Origin: Anaeromyxobacter sp.
Lineage (GTDB): Bacteria; Myxococcota; Myxococcia; Myxococcales; Anaeromyxobacteraceae
DNA: 64,000 bases
NCBI GenBank assembly: GCA_049840735.1
Contig: JASGJN010000020.1
Coordinates: 320,001 to 384,000, forward strand
Direction: 5' to 3'
How positions within the stretch are numbered: position 1 is the first letter of the stretch; each line of letters begins with the position of its first letter. Positions 35,204 to 45,329 of the stretch are shown here, one piece after another. The translations under genes were made by a program, and so were the position numbers. The notes below the pieces were generated by a model. That model was not told the DNA's origin and made no database searches. It was given only the letters and a program-made list of their open reading frames with translations.

Positions 35204-35393
35204 GGGACCTACACAGCGTACGCAATCATGGGTCCACCCGAGGGGACCTTCATAGGCCGGATAGTACCTTAGAGGGCGCTCCCTTGTACGCCTATGGAGC
35301 ACCCGCTAGTGTCCTCGGCCTATCGATCAGGCCGGCGAAGCGACGCATCTCCCTGGGTGCGCGCATGGTGCGAGCGCCTCTGCGTCGGGTCCC
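35204..35393. ncRNA. Candidate structured RNA / long imperfect inverted repeat (190 nt)
   Basis: Collinear complementary segments across both halves (see findings); strand and identity unresolved. Confidence 0.4.
35284..35312 (+). promoter_or_regulatory. Putative sigma70-type promoter for the M36 gene
   Basis: TTGTAC-N17-TAGTGT. Confidence 0.45.
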
Positions 35394-35416
35394 TGCCTGA
35401 CCCTGGAGGCACCACC

Positions 35417-38400
35417 ATGTCCCTGCTTCGCCGTGAGCTCATCCCGCTCGCGGCGCTCGCTGCCTGCATCGCCTGCGGGCAGTCGAGCGCTCCCTCCAAG
35501 TCCAATCCCGCGAGCCCGAGGCCGACCGCCCGGGCCTCGAGCACCGCCACGGCGCCGGCGCCGCAGGCGCAGCTGAGCGGCCCCGCCAACCTCGACGTCC
35601 GCGCCGCGCGCGGCCCGGTGCAGAAGTCGACGGCCCTCGCCGCCCTGGGCGGCCGGCGCGCCTCGATCGACCCGGCGCTCGGCGTCCCGGCGTTCCTGTG
35701 GGGTGACCGCGCCGCGCCGGTCGGCGTCAAGGCCGGCGACGCGGTGGCCGCCGCCCGCGCGCACCTCGGCCAGAACGGCGCAGCGTACGCGCTCCGCTCC
35801 TCCGACGTCTCCGCCGCGAAGGTCGTGGCGGTCCACGACACCGGCCGCGGCGCGATCATCGTCAAGCTCCGGCAGGAGCTGGACGGGGTCGAGCTGTTCC
35901 GCGACGAGGCCTCCGTCGCCATGGACCGCGAGCTCAAGCTCGTGGCCATCTCCGGCTCGCTCGCGCCGGTCGCCTCGCGGCGGACCGCGCTGGCCGCCGG
36001 CGTCTCCCGCTTCCGGCTCGACGCTCGCGGCGCCATCGCCGCCGCCCTGTCCGACCTCACCGGCCAGGTCTTCGGCGCGGGCGACGTGCTGCCCACCGGC
36101 ACCCGCGGCAAGTACACGCAGGCGGCGCTGGCCGCGGCCACGAGCGCGGCCCGGCCCGAGCTGGCCATCCCGCCCGCCCGCGCCAAGCAGGTCTGGTTCC
36201 GCGAGGCCCAGCGGCTCGTCCCGGCCTGGTACGTCGAGGTCGGCGCCTCCAGGGCCGGCCGCCCCGACTCGCTGCAGTACGCCTACGTGGTGAGCGCGGA
36301 CGACGCCGCCGTCCTCTTCCGGAAGAACCAGGTCTCCCACGCGCCCTACCGGTACCGGGTCTGGGCGGATCCCACCTCGTTCCTCCCGGACGACGGCCCG
36401 CAGGGCCTGGCCGGTACCCCGCACCCGACCGGCCTGCCCGACGGCTTCCAGGCCGACTTCGTGCCGCAGGCGCTGGTCGAGGTGGACGAGGTGAGCGCGA
36501 CCCGCGACGACCCCTGGCTGCCCGCCGACGCGGCCACCGCCTCCGGCAACAACGCCTTCGCCTACGCGGACCTGGGCGGCGCCGACGGCTACGACGACGG
36601 CGTCGATCTGCCCGGCCTCCCCTCGGCCGCGGGCGTGTTCGACTACCCCTACGACTTCGGCGAGGAGCCCTACGCCACCGAGGCGCAGGTGCAGGCGGCC
36701 GTGGCGCAGCTCTTCTACGACGTGAACTTCTTCCACGACTGGTACTACGACTCCGGCTTCACCGAGGAGTGGGCCACCGCCCAGGCCAGCAACCACGGCC
36801 GCGGCGGCGAGGAGGGAGACGCCATGCGGGCCGAGGCGCAGGACTTCAGCGGCCTCGACAACGCCAACATGTGGACGCCCTCCGACGGCCTCTCGCCGCG
36901 CATGCAGATGTACCTGTTCACCGGCAACGGCGCGGTGAACCTCCAGATCTCCGCCCCGGCCGCCATCGCGGGCACCTACCCGACCGGCTACGCCGACTAC
37001 GGCCCGCAGTCCTTCGACCTGACCGGCGAGGTGGCCTACGCGGTGGACGGCGCCGCGCCGACCGGCGACGCGTGCACCGCGCTCACCAACGTCGTGACCG
37101 GGAAGATCGTCCTGGTGGACCGCGGCGCCTGCAACTTCACCATCAAGGTGCAGAACGCCATCAACGCCGGCGCCGCCGGCGTCCTCATCCGCAACAACGT
37201 GCCCGGCGCGCTCATCTACCCGTCCGCCCCGGGCTTCCCGTCCGCCATCCCCATCCTCTCCCTGACCCAGGCCGACGGCGCCGCCATCCTGGCCCAGCTC
37301 GCCATCCCGGAGGTCGTCACGGTCCGGATGGTGCGCGAGGCCGCCCAGATGCGCGACGGCACCCTCGACAACCTCATCGTGGCGCACGAGTGGGGCCACT
37401 ACATCAGCAACCGCCTGGTCGGGAACGGCGCCGGCCTCGACACCAACCAGTCCGGCGGCCTGGGCGAGGGCTGGGGCGACATCCACGCCCTGCTGCTCGC
37501 CGTCCGCGAGGAGGACGCCGAGGTCGCGGCCAACGAGGGCTTCGGCGGCGTCTACGGCATGGCCGGCTTCGTCATGAGCGGCAAGGACGCGCTCGGCGGC
37601 GGGAACCAGGGCTACTACTTCGGCATCCGCCGCGTGCCCTACTCCACCGACCTGCACAAGAACCCGCTGACCTTCAGGCACATCGCCGACGGTGAGGCGA
37701 TCCCCGCCGAGCTGGACGGCGTGCCCATCCCGCTCCAGCTGAACGGCGTGCCCAACTCCGAGGTGCACAACACCGGCGAGGTGTGGGCCACCATGCTGTG
37801 GGAGTGCTACGCGGCGCTGCTCCGCGACACCGACCGGCTCTCCTTCGCCCAGGCCCAGGGACGGTTCAAGGACTACCTGGTGGCGGCCTACAAGCTCCTG
37901 CCGGCCAACCCCACCCTGCTCGACGCCCGCGACGGCATGCTGGCGGCGGCGCTGGCCAACGACCCGGCCGACTACGAGCTGTTCTGGCAGGCCTTCGCCA
38001 AGCGCGGCGCGGGCAAGGGGGCCGTCGGCCCCGACGCCTACTCCGAGGACAACCTCCCGGTGGCCGAGAGCTTCGAGGCCGGGCCCGACCTCGAGATCGC
38101 GCACGCGGACTTCGGCGCGGTCTCCACCACCTGCGACGACGCCGACGGCACGCTCGACTCTGGCGAGGCCGGCACCCTCACGCTCCACCTGGCCAACACC
38201 GGCGCCCAGGCGCTCGAGGCCTCCACGGCCACCATCGCCGCCGACGTGGCCGGCCTCACCTTCCCGGACGGCGACACCGTCCAGGTGCCGGCGACCGCGG
38301 CGGGCGCCACGGCCGAGGTGCAGGTGCGGGTGGCCCTCGAGGGCGTCACCGCGCCCACTCCCGCCACCCTCACCCTCACCTTCCCCGACGGCTTCCTGCT

Positions 38401-39712
38401 GCTCGGGCCCGACGTCACGACGACCGTCACGCTGCACCAGGACACCGTCCGTGACGCGTCCCGCGTGGACGAGTTCGAGGCGGGCCTCGCCGCCTGGACG
38501 ACCGAGGAGGTGCCCGCCCGCGTGCCGACCTGGGGTCCCGACGCCGGGTACGCCTTCGCGCCGGACAACTCGGTGGTCAGCGACATCTCCCTGGTCTCGC
38601 CGGTCCTGTACCCCACCGAGCAGCCGCTGGTGGTCTCCTTCCTCCACACGCACCTGTTCGAGTTCGCCGGCTACGACGCCGACGAGATCCCGGTCGGCTA
38701 CGACGGCGGCGTGGTCGAGCTCCGCGAGCTCGACGCCCAGGGCGAGGGCGAGTGGGTGGACGCCGGCGCCGGCGCCTACAACGGCTGGCTCATCGACGGT
38801 GGCCTGAACCCGCTCGAGCTGCGTGACGCGTTCGTCTACGTCAACCCGAGCTTCCCGGACCTCGACCTGGTCCAGCTCGACCTGGGCACGGCCTACGCCG
38901 GCAAGGCGGTCCAGCTCCGGTTCCGGATCGGCACCGACATCTTCACGGGCTCGGGCGGCTGGATCCTCGACTGGGTGGGGGTGGAGGGGATTGCCAACAC
39001 GCCGTTCCCGATCCAGTCGGCCGACGCCCGCCGCTGCGAGAACCGGCAGCCGGTCGCCGACGCCGGCGCGGCCCAGGACGTCGACGAGGGCGCGCTGGCC
39101 ACCCTGGACGGCTCCGCCTCGTCCGATCCGGACGGCACCGCGCTCACCTTCGCGTGGACCCAGCTGTCGGGCGTGACCGTCACCCTCGCGGGCGCGGACA
39201 CCTCCGCGCCCACCTTCACCGCCCCGGCGGTGTCGGGTGACTCGCACCTGGTGTTCCAGCTGACCGTCTCCGACGGCGCGCTCAGCAGCACCTCCACCAC
39301 GGCGGTGACCATCCTGAACCTCGACCAGGCGCCGGTGGCGGACGCCGGCGACGACCAGACCGTGGACGAGCGCAAGCTGGTGGTGCTCGACGCGACCGGC
39401 TCGTCGGATCCGGACGGGACGGCCCTGCAGTACGCCTGGGTCCAGACCGCCGGCCCGACCGTCACGCTGTCCGGGGCCGCGACGCCCCGCCCGTCCTTCA
39501 CCGCCCCGGCCGTGGGCAGCACCACCGCGCTCACCTTCCAGGTGACGGTGAGCGACGGCACGCTGACCGCGACGGACACCGTGTCCGTCTCGGTCAAGAA
39601 CACCGACAAGAGCGGCGGCTGCACCACCGCGCCGGGCGCCGCCAACCCGGCCCTGCTGCTCCTGCTGGCGGTGGGGGCCCTGCTCCTGCCGCGGCGCCGC
39701 GCCACGCGGTGA
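35417..39712 (+). CDS. M36 (fungalysin-like) metallopeptidase with PA domain, Ig/PKD-like repeats and MYXO-CTERM tail
   Basis: [29 protein letters not shown] (PA), two PVADAG repeats, SGGC-TM-RRR C-terminus. Confidence 0.92.
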   Translation: MSLLRRELIPLAALAACIACGQSSAPSKSNPASPRPTARASSTATAPAPQAQLSGPANLDVRAARGPVQKSTALAALGGRRASIDPALGVPAFLWGDRAAPVGVKAGDAVAAARAHLGQNGAAYALRSSDVSAAKVVAVHDTGRGAIIVKLRQELDGVELFRDEASVAMDRELKLVAISGSLAPVASRRTALAAGVSRFRLDARGAIAAALSDLTGQVFGAGDVLPTGTRGKYTQAALAAATSAARPELAIPPARAKQVWFREAQRLVPAWYVEVGASRAGRPDSLQYAYVVSADDAAVLFRKNQVSHAPYRYRVWADPTSFLPDDGPQGLAGTPHPTGLPDGFQADFVPQALVEVDEVSATRDDPWLPADAATASGNNAFAYADLGGADGYDDGVDLPGLPSAAGVFDYPYDFGEEPYATEAQVQAAVAQLFYDVNFFHDWYYDSGFTEEWATAQASNHGRGGEEGDAMRAEAQDFSGLDNANMWTPSDGLSPRMQMYLFTGNGAVNLQISAPAAIAGTYPTGYADYGPQSFDLTGEVAYAVDGAAPTGDACTALTNVVTGKIVLVDRGACNFTIKVQNAINAGAAGVLIRNNVPGALIYPSAPGFPSAIPILSLTQADGAAILAQLAIPEVVTVRMVREAAQMRDGTLDNLIVAHEWGHYISNRLVGNGAGLDTNQSGGLGEGWGDIHALLLAVREEDAEVAANEGFGGVYGMAGFVMSGKDALGGGNQGYYFGIRRVPYSTDLHKNPLTFRHIADGEAIPAELDGVPIPLQLNGVPNSEVHNTGEVWATMLWECYAALLRDTDRLSFAQAQGRFKDYLVAAYKLLPANPTLLDARDGMLAAALANDPADYELFWQAFAKRGAGKGAVGPDAYSEDNLPVAESFEAGPDLEIAHADFGAVSTTCDDADGTLDSGEAGTLTLHLANTGAQALEASTATIAADVAGLTFPDGDTVQVPATAAGATAEVQVRVALEGVTAPTPATLTLTFPDGFLLLGPDVTTTVTLHQDTVRDASRVDEFEAGLAAWTTEEVPARVPTWGPDAGYAFAPDNSVVSDISLVSPVLYPTEQPLVVSFLHTHLFEFAGYDADEIPVGYDGGVVELRELDAQGEGEWVDAGAGAYNGWLIDGGLNPLELRDAFVYVNPSFPDLDLVQLDLGTAYAGKAVQLRFRIGTDIFTGSGGWILDWVGVEGIANTPFPIQSADARRCENRQPVADAGAAQDVDEGALATLDGSASSDPDGTALTFAWTQLSGVTVTLAGADTSAPTFTAPAVSGDSHLVFQLTVSDGALSSTSTTAVTILNLDQAPVADAGDDQTVDERKLVVLDATGSSDPDGTALQYAWVQTAGPTVTLSGAATPRPSFTAPAVGSTTALTFQVTVSDGTLTATDTVSVSVKNTDKSGGCTTAPGAANPALLLLLAVGALLLPRRRATR

Positions 39713-39857
39713 CCAGAAGCGCGGGCGGGCGGCCTCCGGGCCGGCCCGCCCGCCTGCAGCCCTGGACCGGCGCGGCGGCGCTCCCGCCCGCCGGTCCTTC
39801 CATTTCCGGCTGCCCGCCGGTTGCGCCCCGGCCCGCCCTGGCCTATTCGTCGGGGCC

Positions 39858-40649
39858 ATGCGCGTCGCGCTCACCATCGCAGGCTCGGACTCGGGCGGAG
39901 GGGCCGGCATCCAGGCCGATCTCCGCACCTTCGCCGCCCACCGGCTCCACGGCACCTCGGCCATCACCGCGGTCACGGCCCAGAACTCGGTGGGCGTGAG
40001 CGGCTGGGTGGCGCTCGAGCCGACCATGGTGGTGGCGCAGATCGAGGCGGTGGCCACCGACATGGCCGTGGCCGCCAGCAAGACCGGCATGCTGGCCAGC
40101 GCGGCCATCATCTCGGCGGTGGCGCACGCCGCCAGCCGCTTCGCGCTCGGTCCGTTGGTGGTGGACCCGGTCATGGTGGCCAAGAGCGGCGACCGGCTGC
40201 TGGACGCCGCCGCCGAGCGCGCCTACCTGGACGAGCTCCTGCCGCGGGCGGCGCTGGTCACCCCCAACCTGCACGAGGCGGCGGTGCTCGCCGGCCGCCC
40301 GGTCCGCGACCTGGACGACATGCGCGAAGCCGCCCGGGTGCTGCACGGCCGCGGCGCGCGCGCGGTGCTGGTGAAGGGCGGCGCGCTGGAAGGCCAGGCG
40401 GTGGACGTCTTCTTCGACGGCCGCGCGCTGACCGAGATCCCCGGCCCCTGGGTGGACACCCGCAACGTGCACGGCACCGGCTGCACCCTCTCCGCCGCCA
40501 TCGCCTCGCGCCTGGCGCTGGGCGACGGGCTGCTGGACGCGGTGAAGGCGGCCAAGGCCTACCTGGTGGAGGGGCTCCGCTCCTCGTACACGGTGGGACG
40601 CGGGCGCGGCCCGGTGGACCACCTGCACCCGCTCACCCGCGGGCGCTGA
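39858..40649 (+). CDS. thiD: Hydroxymethylpyrimidine/phosphomethylpyrimidine kinase
   Basis: [38 protein letters not shown]. Confidence 0.95.
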   Translation: MRVALTIAGSDSGGGAGIQADLRTFAAHRLHGTSAITAVTAQNSVGVSGWVALEPTMVVAQIEAVATDMAVAASKTGMLASAAIISAVAHAASRFALGPLVVDPVMVAKSGDRLLDAAAERAYLDELLPRAALVTPNLHEAAVLAGRPVRDLDDMREAARVLHGRGARAVLVKGGALEGQAVDVFFDGRALTEIPGPWVDTRNVHGTGCTLSAAIASRLALGDGLLDAVKAAKAYLVEGLRSSYTVGRGRGPVDHLHPLTRGR

Positions 40650-40670
40650 GCGCCGGGGCCGGTCCGGGCG

Positions 40671-41003
40671 TCAGAGCGTGATCACCTGGTCGACCCTGGC
40701 GCCGGAGAGCGCCTTGTACAGGTCGGGGAAGCAGCCGATCGGCACGCCGTCGATGAGCTGGTCGGCGATGGCGCGCTGGTAGCAGCACTGGTCGCAGCCC
40801 ATGAGCAGCATGCCGGTGCGGCGGGCGACCGCCGCCAGCCGCTCGCCGGTGGGGTTCCCGCGGACGAGCAGGTAGTTGTTGTCCACGAAGAAGAACATCC
40901 CAACCACGGTCGCGCCGTGGCGGTCCTCCTCCAGCTGCGGGACGATCATCTTCTCGAGGATGAAGGACGCGTTGGGCGTCGAGAACACGTAGGCGACGTT
41001 CAC
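40671..41003 (-). CDS. SaoD/DsrE-related protein
   Basis: MNVAYVF, MIVPQLEE.RHG..VVGMFFF.DN, LLMGCDQC, GCFPDLY, DQVITL match the recalled SaoD/DsrE pattern; GTGA overlap with the upstream gene. Confidence 0.78.
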   Translation of the reverse strand: MNVAYVFSTPNASFILEKMIVPQLEEDRHGATVVGMFFFVDNNYLLVRGNPTGERLAAVARRTGMLLMGCDQCCYQRAIADQLIDGVPIGCFPDLYKALSGARVDQVITL

Positions 41004-41353
41004 CGTGGACTCCCTGTGGAGGCAGCCGCGGCGTGGACCGCCCCGGCCACCAGCTCGGCCCGGTCGTGATGGACCGGGTGCACGCCGCGCAGCGCGGCGC
41101 GCAGCCCGGCGGCGGTGACGGAGGCAGGCGGTGCGCCGGCCTCGAGCTGCTCGCACGCCACCTCGGCGTACGCCAGCAGGCTGGCGCAGGTCGTGGCCCG
41201 GTAACGGGCGCGCACCACCCGCCCTCGGTCCAGCCAGAGCCCCACCCTCACGTGCAGCCGCTCACCGCCCCAGGCCTCGCCGATGCTGGCCGCCCCCTCC
41301 AGCGGCGCGGCGCGGTGGAGCGCGGACAGGCGGTCAGCGACGGTCTTCGGCAC
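41000..41353 (-). CDS. Degenerate IscU/NifU-N-like scaffold protein
   Basis: GEA...VRVGL...VVRARYRATTCASLLAYAE resembles the IscU/SufU pattern, but only the central Cys is kept. Confidence 0.6.
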   Translation of the reverse strand: MPKTVADRLSALHRAAPLEGAASIGEAWGGERLHVRVGLWLDRGRVVRARYRATTCASLLAYAEVACEQLEAGAPPASVTAAGLRAALRGVHPVHHDRAELVAGAVHAAAASTGSPR

Positions 41354-41408
41354 CCCGTCGGATTAACACGGCGCCGCGCTCGGCGGTGGGCCCGCTCGGG
41401 CCGACCGA

Positions 41409-42008
41409 TCACCTCGGCGGTGGCGGGAAGGTCCGGGCCGCGCGACCCGCCCGCAGCGTCTCGCCCCACCAGAGGAGCTGATCCAGCAGCGCCTCGGCGC
41501 GCGCCAGGTGGTGCGGATCCCTGGGCGAGCCGGTCTCGTCCAGCGCCCGCCCGACGAAGGGGATGTTCACCTCGTCGCGCACCGCGGCCATCTGCAGCTC
41601 CACGATGACCTGGCGCAGCTGCTCCACCGCGCGCACCCCGCCGGCCACGCCGCCGTAGCTGACGAACCCCACCGGCTTGCCGTTCCAGCCGGCGTAGGCG
41701 TGGTCGAGCGCGTTCTTGAGCGCGCCGGGGTAGCCGTGGTTGTACTCCGGCGTCACGATCGCGAAGGCATCGCAGCCGCTCACCGCCGCCACCCAGGCCC
41801 GCTGCTCCGGGCGCGGCCAGTCGTGCTCGGCCACCTTGGGGTGGCGGGGATCCACCAGGAACGGCAGGCCGATGACCTTGAGGTCCAGCTCCACGACCTC
41901 GAGCTCCGGCCGCCGGGCGGCCACCCCGCGGAACCAGCGGGCCACCTTCTCGCCCATCCGGACGTCGCGCGTGCTGGCGGTGATCACCCCGAGCCTGAGC
42001 GTTGCCAT
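41409..42008 (-). CDS. NADPH-dependent FMN reductase
   Basis: [41 protein letters not shown]. Confidence 0.92.
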   Translation of the reverse strand: MATLRLGVITASTRDVRMGEKVARWFRGVAARRPELEVVELDLKVIGLPFLVDPRHPKVAEHDWPRPEQRAWVAAVSGCDAFAIVTPEYNHGYPGALKNALDHAYAGWNGKPVGFVSYGGVAGGVRAVEQLRQVIVELQMAAVRDEVNIPFVGRALDETGSPRDPHHLARAEALLDQLLWWGETLRAGRAARTFPPPPR

Positions 42009-42056
42009 GTGGACCTCCTCCTACACCTGCGAACACTGGCCCTGGGCCGAACGCGG

Positions 42057-42104
42057 CCGTTCGCCCTGAGCGTAGCGGCGCGCAGCGCCGCGGAGTCGAA
42101 GGGC
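42057..42104. repeat. REP-like element, exact reverse complement of 14843-14890
   Basis: 48/48 identity by direct comparison. Confidence 0.92.
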
Positions 42105-42210
42105 GCCCCTCCCCCGGCCACATGCCGGGGCCCCCACCCCGCTCCTGAAACCTGGTCTAGCCGCGCGAGCGCCCCACCACAAGCCGGAGCCTCGGGTAGA
42201 CTGCCGCGCC

Positions 42211-43368
42211 ATGCGAAAGAAGATCCTGCTCCTCGGCTCCGGCGAGCTCGGCAAGGAGTTCGTCATCGCCGCCCAGCGGCTCGGCCAGGAGGTGGTGGCC
42301 GTCGACTCCTACGACGGCGCCCCGGCCCAGCAGGTGGCCCACGCCCGCGAGGTCATCCCCATGCTCGACGGGGCGGCGCTCGACGCGGTGGTGGCGCGCC
42401 ACCGGCCCGACCTGATCGTCCCGGAGATCGAGGCCATCCGCACCGAGCGGTTCTACGACTACGAACGCCAGGGCATCCAGGTGGTGCCCAGCGCCCGGGC
42501 CGCCAACTTCACCATGAACCGCAAGGCCATCCGCGACCTTGCGGCGCGCGAGCTGGGGCTCAGGACCGCCCGCTACGCCTACGCCTCCACGCCCGAGGCC
42601 TTCCGGGCCGCGGTGGCGGACATCGGCCTGCCCTGCGTGGTGAAGCCGCTCATGTCCTCGTCCGGCAAGGGGCAGAGCGTGGTCCGGACCGAGGCCGACG
42701 TCGACGAGGCCTGGGCCTACGCCATGCGCGGCACGCGCGGCGACCTGCGCGAGGTGATCGTCGAGGCCTTCATCCGCTTCGAGTCGGAGATCACGCTGCT
42801 CACCGTGGTGCAGCAGCGCGGCCCCACCCTCTTCTGCCCGCCCATCGGCCACCGCCAGGAGCGCGGCGACTACCAGGAGAGCTGGCAGCCGCACCCGGTG
42901 GCGCCCGCCCTGCTGGCCGAGGCGGAGCGGATGGCCGGCGCGGTCACCGAGGCGCTGGGCGGCGCCGGGCTGTACGGCGTCGAGTTCTTCCTGGGCAAGG
43001 AGGAGGTCTGGTTCTCCGAGCTCTCGCCCCGCCCGCACGACACCGGGATGGTGACGCTGGCCGGGACGCAGCCCTTCTCCGAGTTCGAGCTGCACCTGCG
43101 GGCCGTGCTGGGGCTGCCCATCCCCGAGGTGAAGCTGGTCCGCCCCGGCGCCAGCGCCGTGATCCTGGCCACCGACGAGGGGACGCCGGACGTCCGCGGC
43201 CTGGCCGAGGCGCTGGCCCAGGCCGGCACCGACGTGCGCATCTTCGGCAAGCCTGTGAAGCGCCCTCACCGGCGCATGGGCGTGGCGCTGGTCTCCGGCC
43301 AGCCCGGCGACGACGTGCGCGGGCTGGTGGAGCGGGCCAAGGCGGTCGCGGCCAAGGTGACGGTGTAG
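42211..43368 (+). CDS. purT: Formate-dependent phosphoribosylglycinamide formyltransferase
   Basis: [52 protein letters not shown]. Confidence 0.95.
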   Translation: MRKKILLLGSGELGKEFVIAAQRLGQEVVAVDSYDGAPAQQVAHAREVIPMLDGAALDAVVARHRPDLIVPEIEAIRTERFYDYERQGIQVVPSARAANFTMNRKAIRDLAARELGLRTARYAYASTPEAFRAAVADIGLPCVVKPLMSSSGKGQSVVRTEADVDEAWAYAMRGTRGDLREVIVEAFIRFESEITLLTVVQQRGPTLFCPPIGHRQERGDYQESWQPHPVAPALLAEAERMAGAVTEALGGAGLYGVEFFLGKEEVWFSELSPRPHDTGMVTLAGTQPFSEFELHLRAVLGLPIPEVKLVRPGASAVILATDEGTPDVRGLAEALAQAGTDVRIFGKPVKRPHRRMGVALVSGQPGDDVRGLVERAKAVAAKVTV

Positions 43369-43522
43369 CCGCCGGGGCGCAGGGCGTGTCCGCCTGGACA
43401 CGCCCGCGCCGCTCGCCGCCGCCAGGGGCCGCCAACAGGCCGGTTTCAGCCGGCCCGCGTCCGGCACGCTGGGTGCAATCCCAGGAAGCGTGGTCCATCA
43501 CCCCTTCCTGAGGTCCCCTTCG

Positions 43523-43753
43523 ATGAAGTCCCGCCTGCTCTGGTACTCCCTGGCCTTCGCGCTCCTCGCCGCCTGCTCGCGCGGCAAGCCCGAGGCGGCT
43601 TTCGCGCCGCAGCCGCCCTCGCCGGAGCCCCTCGCCGCCGCCCTGTTCCCGGCGCCTCCCTCGGAGTTCAAGCCGACCTTCAGGCCGGCCGAGCCCGAGC
43701 CGCAGCCCACGTCCGAGGAGGTGGCGGCCTTCAACGCCCCCGTGCCGAAGTAG
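43523..43753 (+). CDS. Small Pro-rich lipoprotein, hypothetical
   Basis: Lipobox LLAAC; GAGG upstream. Confidence 0.6.
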   Translation: MKSRLLWYSLAFALLAACSRGKPEAAFAPQPPSPEPLAAALFPAPPSEFKPTFRPAEPEPQPTSEEVAAFNAPVPK

Positions 43754-43774
43754 CGCGCGCCCGCCGGGCCATCG

Positions 43775-43815
43775 GGGCCCGCTCGTGGCTCGACAGGCTC
43801 ACCACGAGCGGGCCC
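43775..43815. repeat. Short-form REP-like element
   Basis: GGGCCCGCTCGTGG-CTCGACAGGCTCA-CCACGAGCGGGCCC, a perfect 14-bp stem around the family core. Confidence 0.85.
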
Positions 43816-43818
43816 GCT

Positions 43819-45190
43819 TCACGCCCACTCCAGCTCCGCCGTGAAGTGGCGCAGGTGCTTCGACTGCTTCACGATCCGCACCCCGCGCACCTCGCGCGCC
43901 CGGGCCTCGAGCTCCAGGATCACCTCCGCGGCGTAGTCGAAGTGGCTCTGGGTGTAGACGCGGCGCGGGAAGGCCAGCCGGACCAGCTCCATGGTGTGGA
44001 AGGTCTCGGTGCCGTCCTCGAGCCGCTTGCCGAACATGACCGAGCCGATCTCCACCCCGCGGATGCCACCCTCCAGGTAGAGCGCGTTGCAGAGCGACCA
44101 GGCCGGATACCGCTCCGGCGGCAGGTGCGGGAGGAAGGCGCGCGCGTCCAGGTAGACGGCGTGGCCGCCGGTGGGCTCGACGATCCCCACCCCGCCCGCC
44201 AGCAGCTTCTCGCCCAGGTACTCGGCGGTGCGCAGCCGGTAGCGCAGGTAGTCCTCGTCCAGCACCTCCTCCAGCCCCACCGCGATGGCCTCCAGGTCGC
44301 GCCCGGCCAGGCCGCCGTAGGTCGGGAACCCCTCGGTCAGGATGAGCAGGTTTCGGGCCGCCTCCACCCAGCGCTCGTCGCGCAGCGCGATGAAGCCGCC
44401 GATGTTGGCCAGGCCGTCCTTCTTGGCCGACATGAGCGCCCCGTCGCCCAGCGAGAAGATCTCCTGGGCGATGGCGCGGACCGACCGCTCGCCCTGCCCC
44501 GGCTCGCGCAGCTTCACGAACATGGCGTTCTCGGCGAAGCGACAGCAGTCGAGCACCAGCGGCTTGCCGTGGCGGCGCAGCAGGTCGCGGTAGGCGCGCA
44601 GGTTCTCCAGCGAGAACCGGCTGGCCGCCGCCCGAGTTGTTTGTGAGGGTGATCATGCCGAAGGGGACCTTCTCCCCCTGCTCGGCCAGCAGCCGCTCCA
44701 CCCGCGCCAGGTCGATGTTCCCCTTGAACGGGTGGCGCGTGCGCGGCTCCAGCCCCTCGCGGATCACCAGGTCCACCGGCTCGACGCCGTCGTACTCGAG
44801 GTTGGCGCGGGTGGTGTCGAAGTGGGTGTTGGAGGGGACCACCTGCCCCGGCTTGGTGGCGACGGAGAAGAGGATCCGCTCCGAGGCGCGCCCCTGATGC
44901 GTGGGGATGACGAACGGGTAGCCGGTCAGCTCCCGCACCGCCGCCTCGAAGCGGTGGAAGCTGCGGGCGCCGGCGTAGCTCTCGTCGCCCTGCATGATGG
45001 CGGCCCACTGGCGGGCGCTCATGGCGCCGGTGCCGGAGTCGGTCAGGAAGTCGAGCAGCACGTCCTCGGCGTCGAGCCGGAACACGTTGAGCCGGGCCTG
45101 CTCCAGCAGCCGCTCCCGCTCGGCGCGGGTGGTCACGCGGATGGGCTCGACCGACTTGATGCGGAACGGCTCGATCACGGTGCGTGGCAT
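43819..45190 (-). CDS. tnaA: Tryptophanase / tyrosine phenol-lyase family PLP enzyme; frameshift near 44615
   Basis: EPFRIKSVE, DFLTDSGT, GDESYAG, THQGR, MSAKKDG (PLP Lys), EGFPTYGG, RRVYT, LRHFTA; Trp versus Tyr specificity not resolved. Confidence 0.85.
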
Positions 45191-45329
45191 GGGCTCCCTC
45201 CGCCCCGGCGCCCGGGCCGCGCGCCTGGCCTCCCCTTCCTCCCGCCGCCACGGGCGCCGCGCAAGCGCCCGGGTGGTCCGTCCGCGTTTGCGCCCTGGAC
45301 CGCCCCGGGGTTAGCCTCCTCCGACCCCG

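Noticed and set aside
35327..40183. 1618-aa minus-strand ORF, and similar long ORFs such as 11682-14393, 24892-27900, 29762-32311 and 47257-49839
   Set aside because: Shadow frames of well-supported genes; expected at this GC content; no recognisable motifs.
40671..41353. Selenoprotein (UGA read-through) in the SaoD-like locus
   Set aside because: No in-frame UGA at a Cys-equivalent position; both ORFs end at plausible family lengths.
45191..45329. TnaC-like leader peptide upstream of tryptophanase
   Set aside because: Only 139 bp to the divergent gene, and no convincing short Trp-containing ORF with an RBS.
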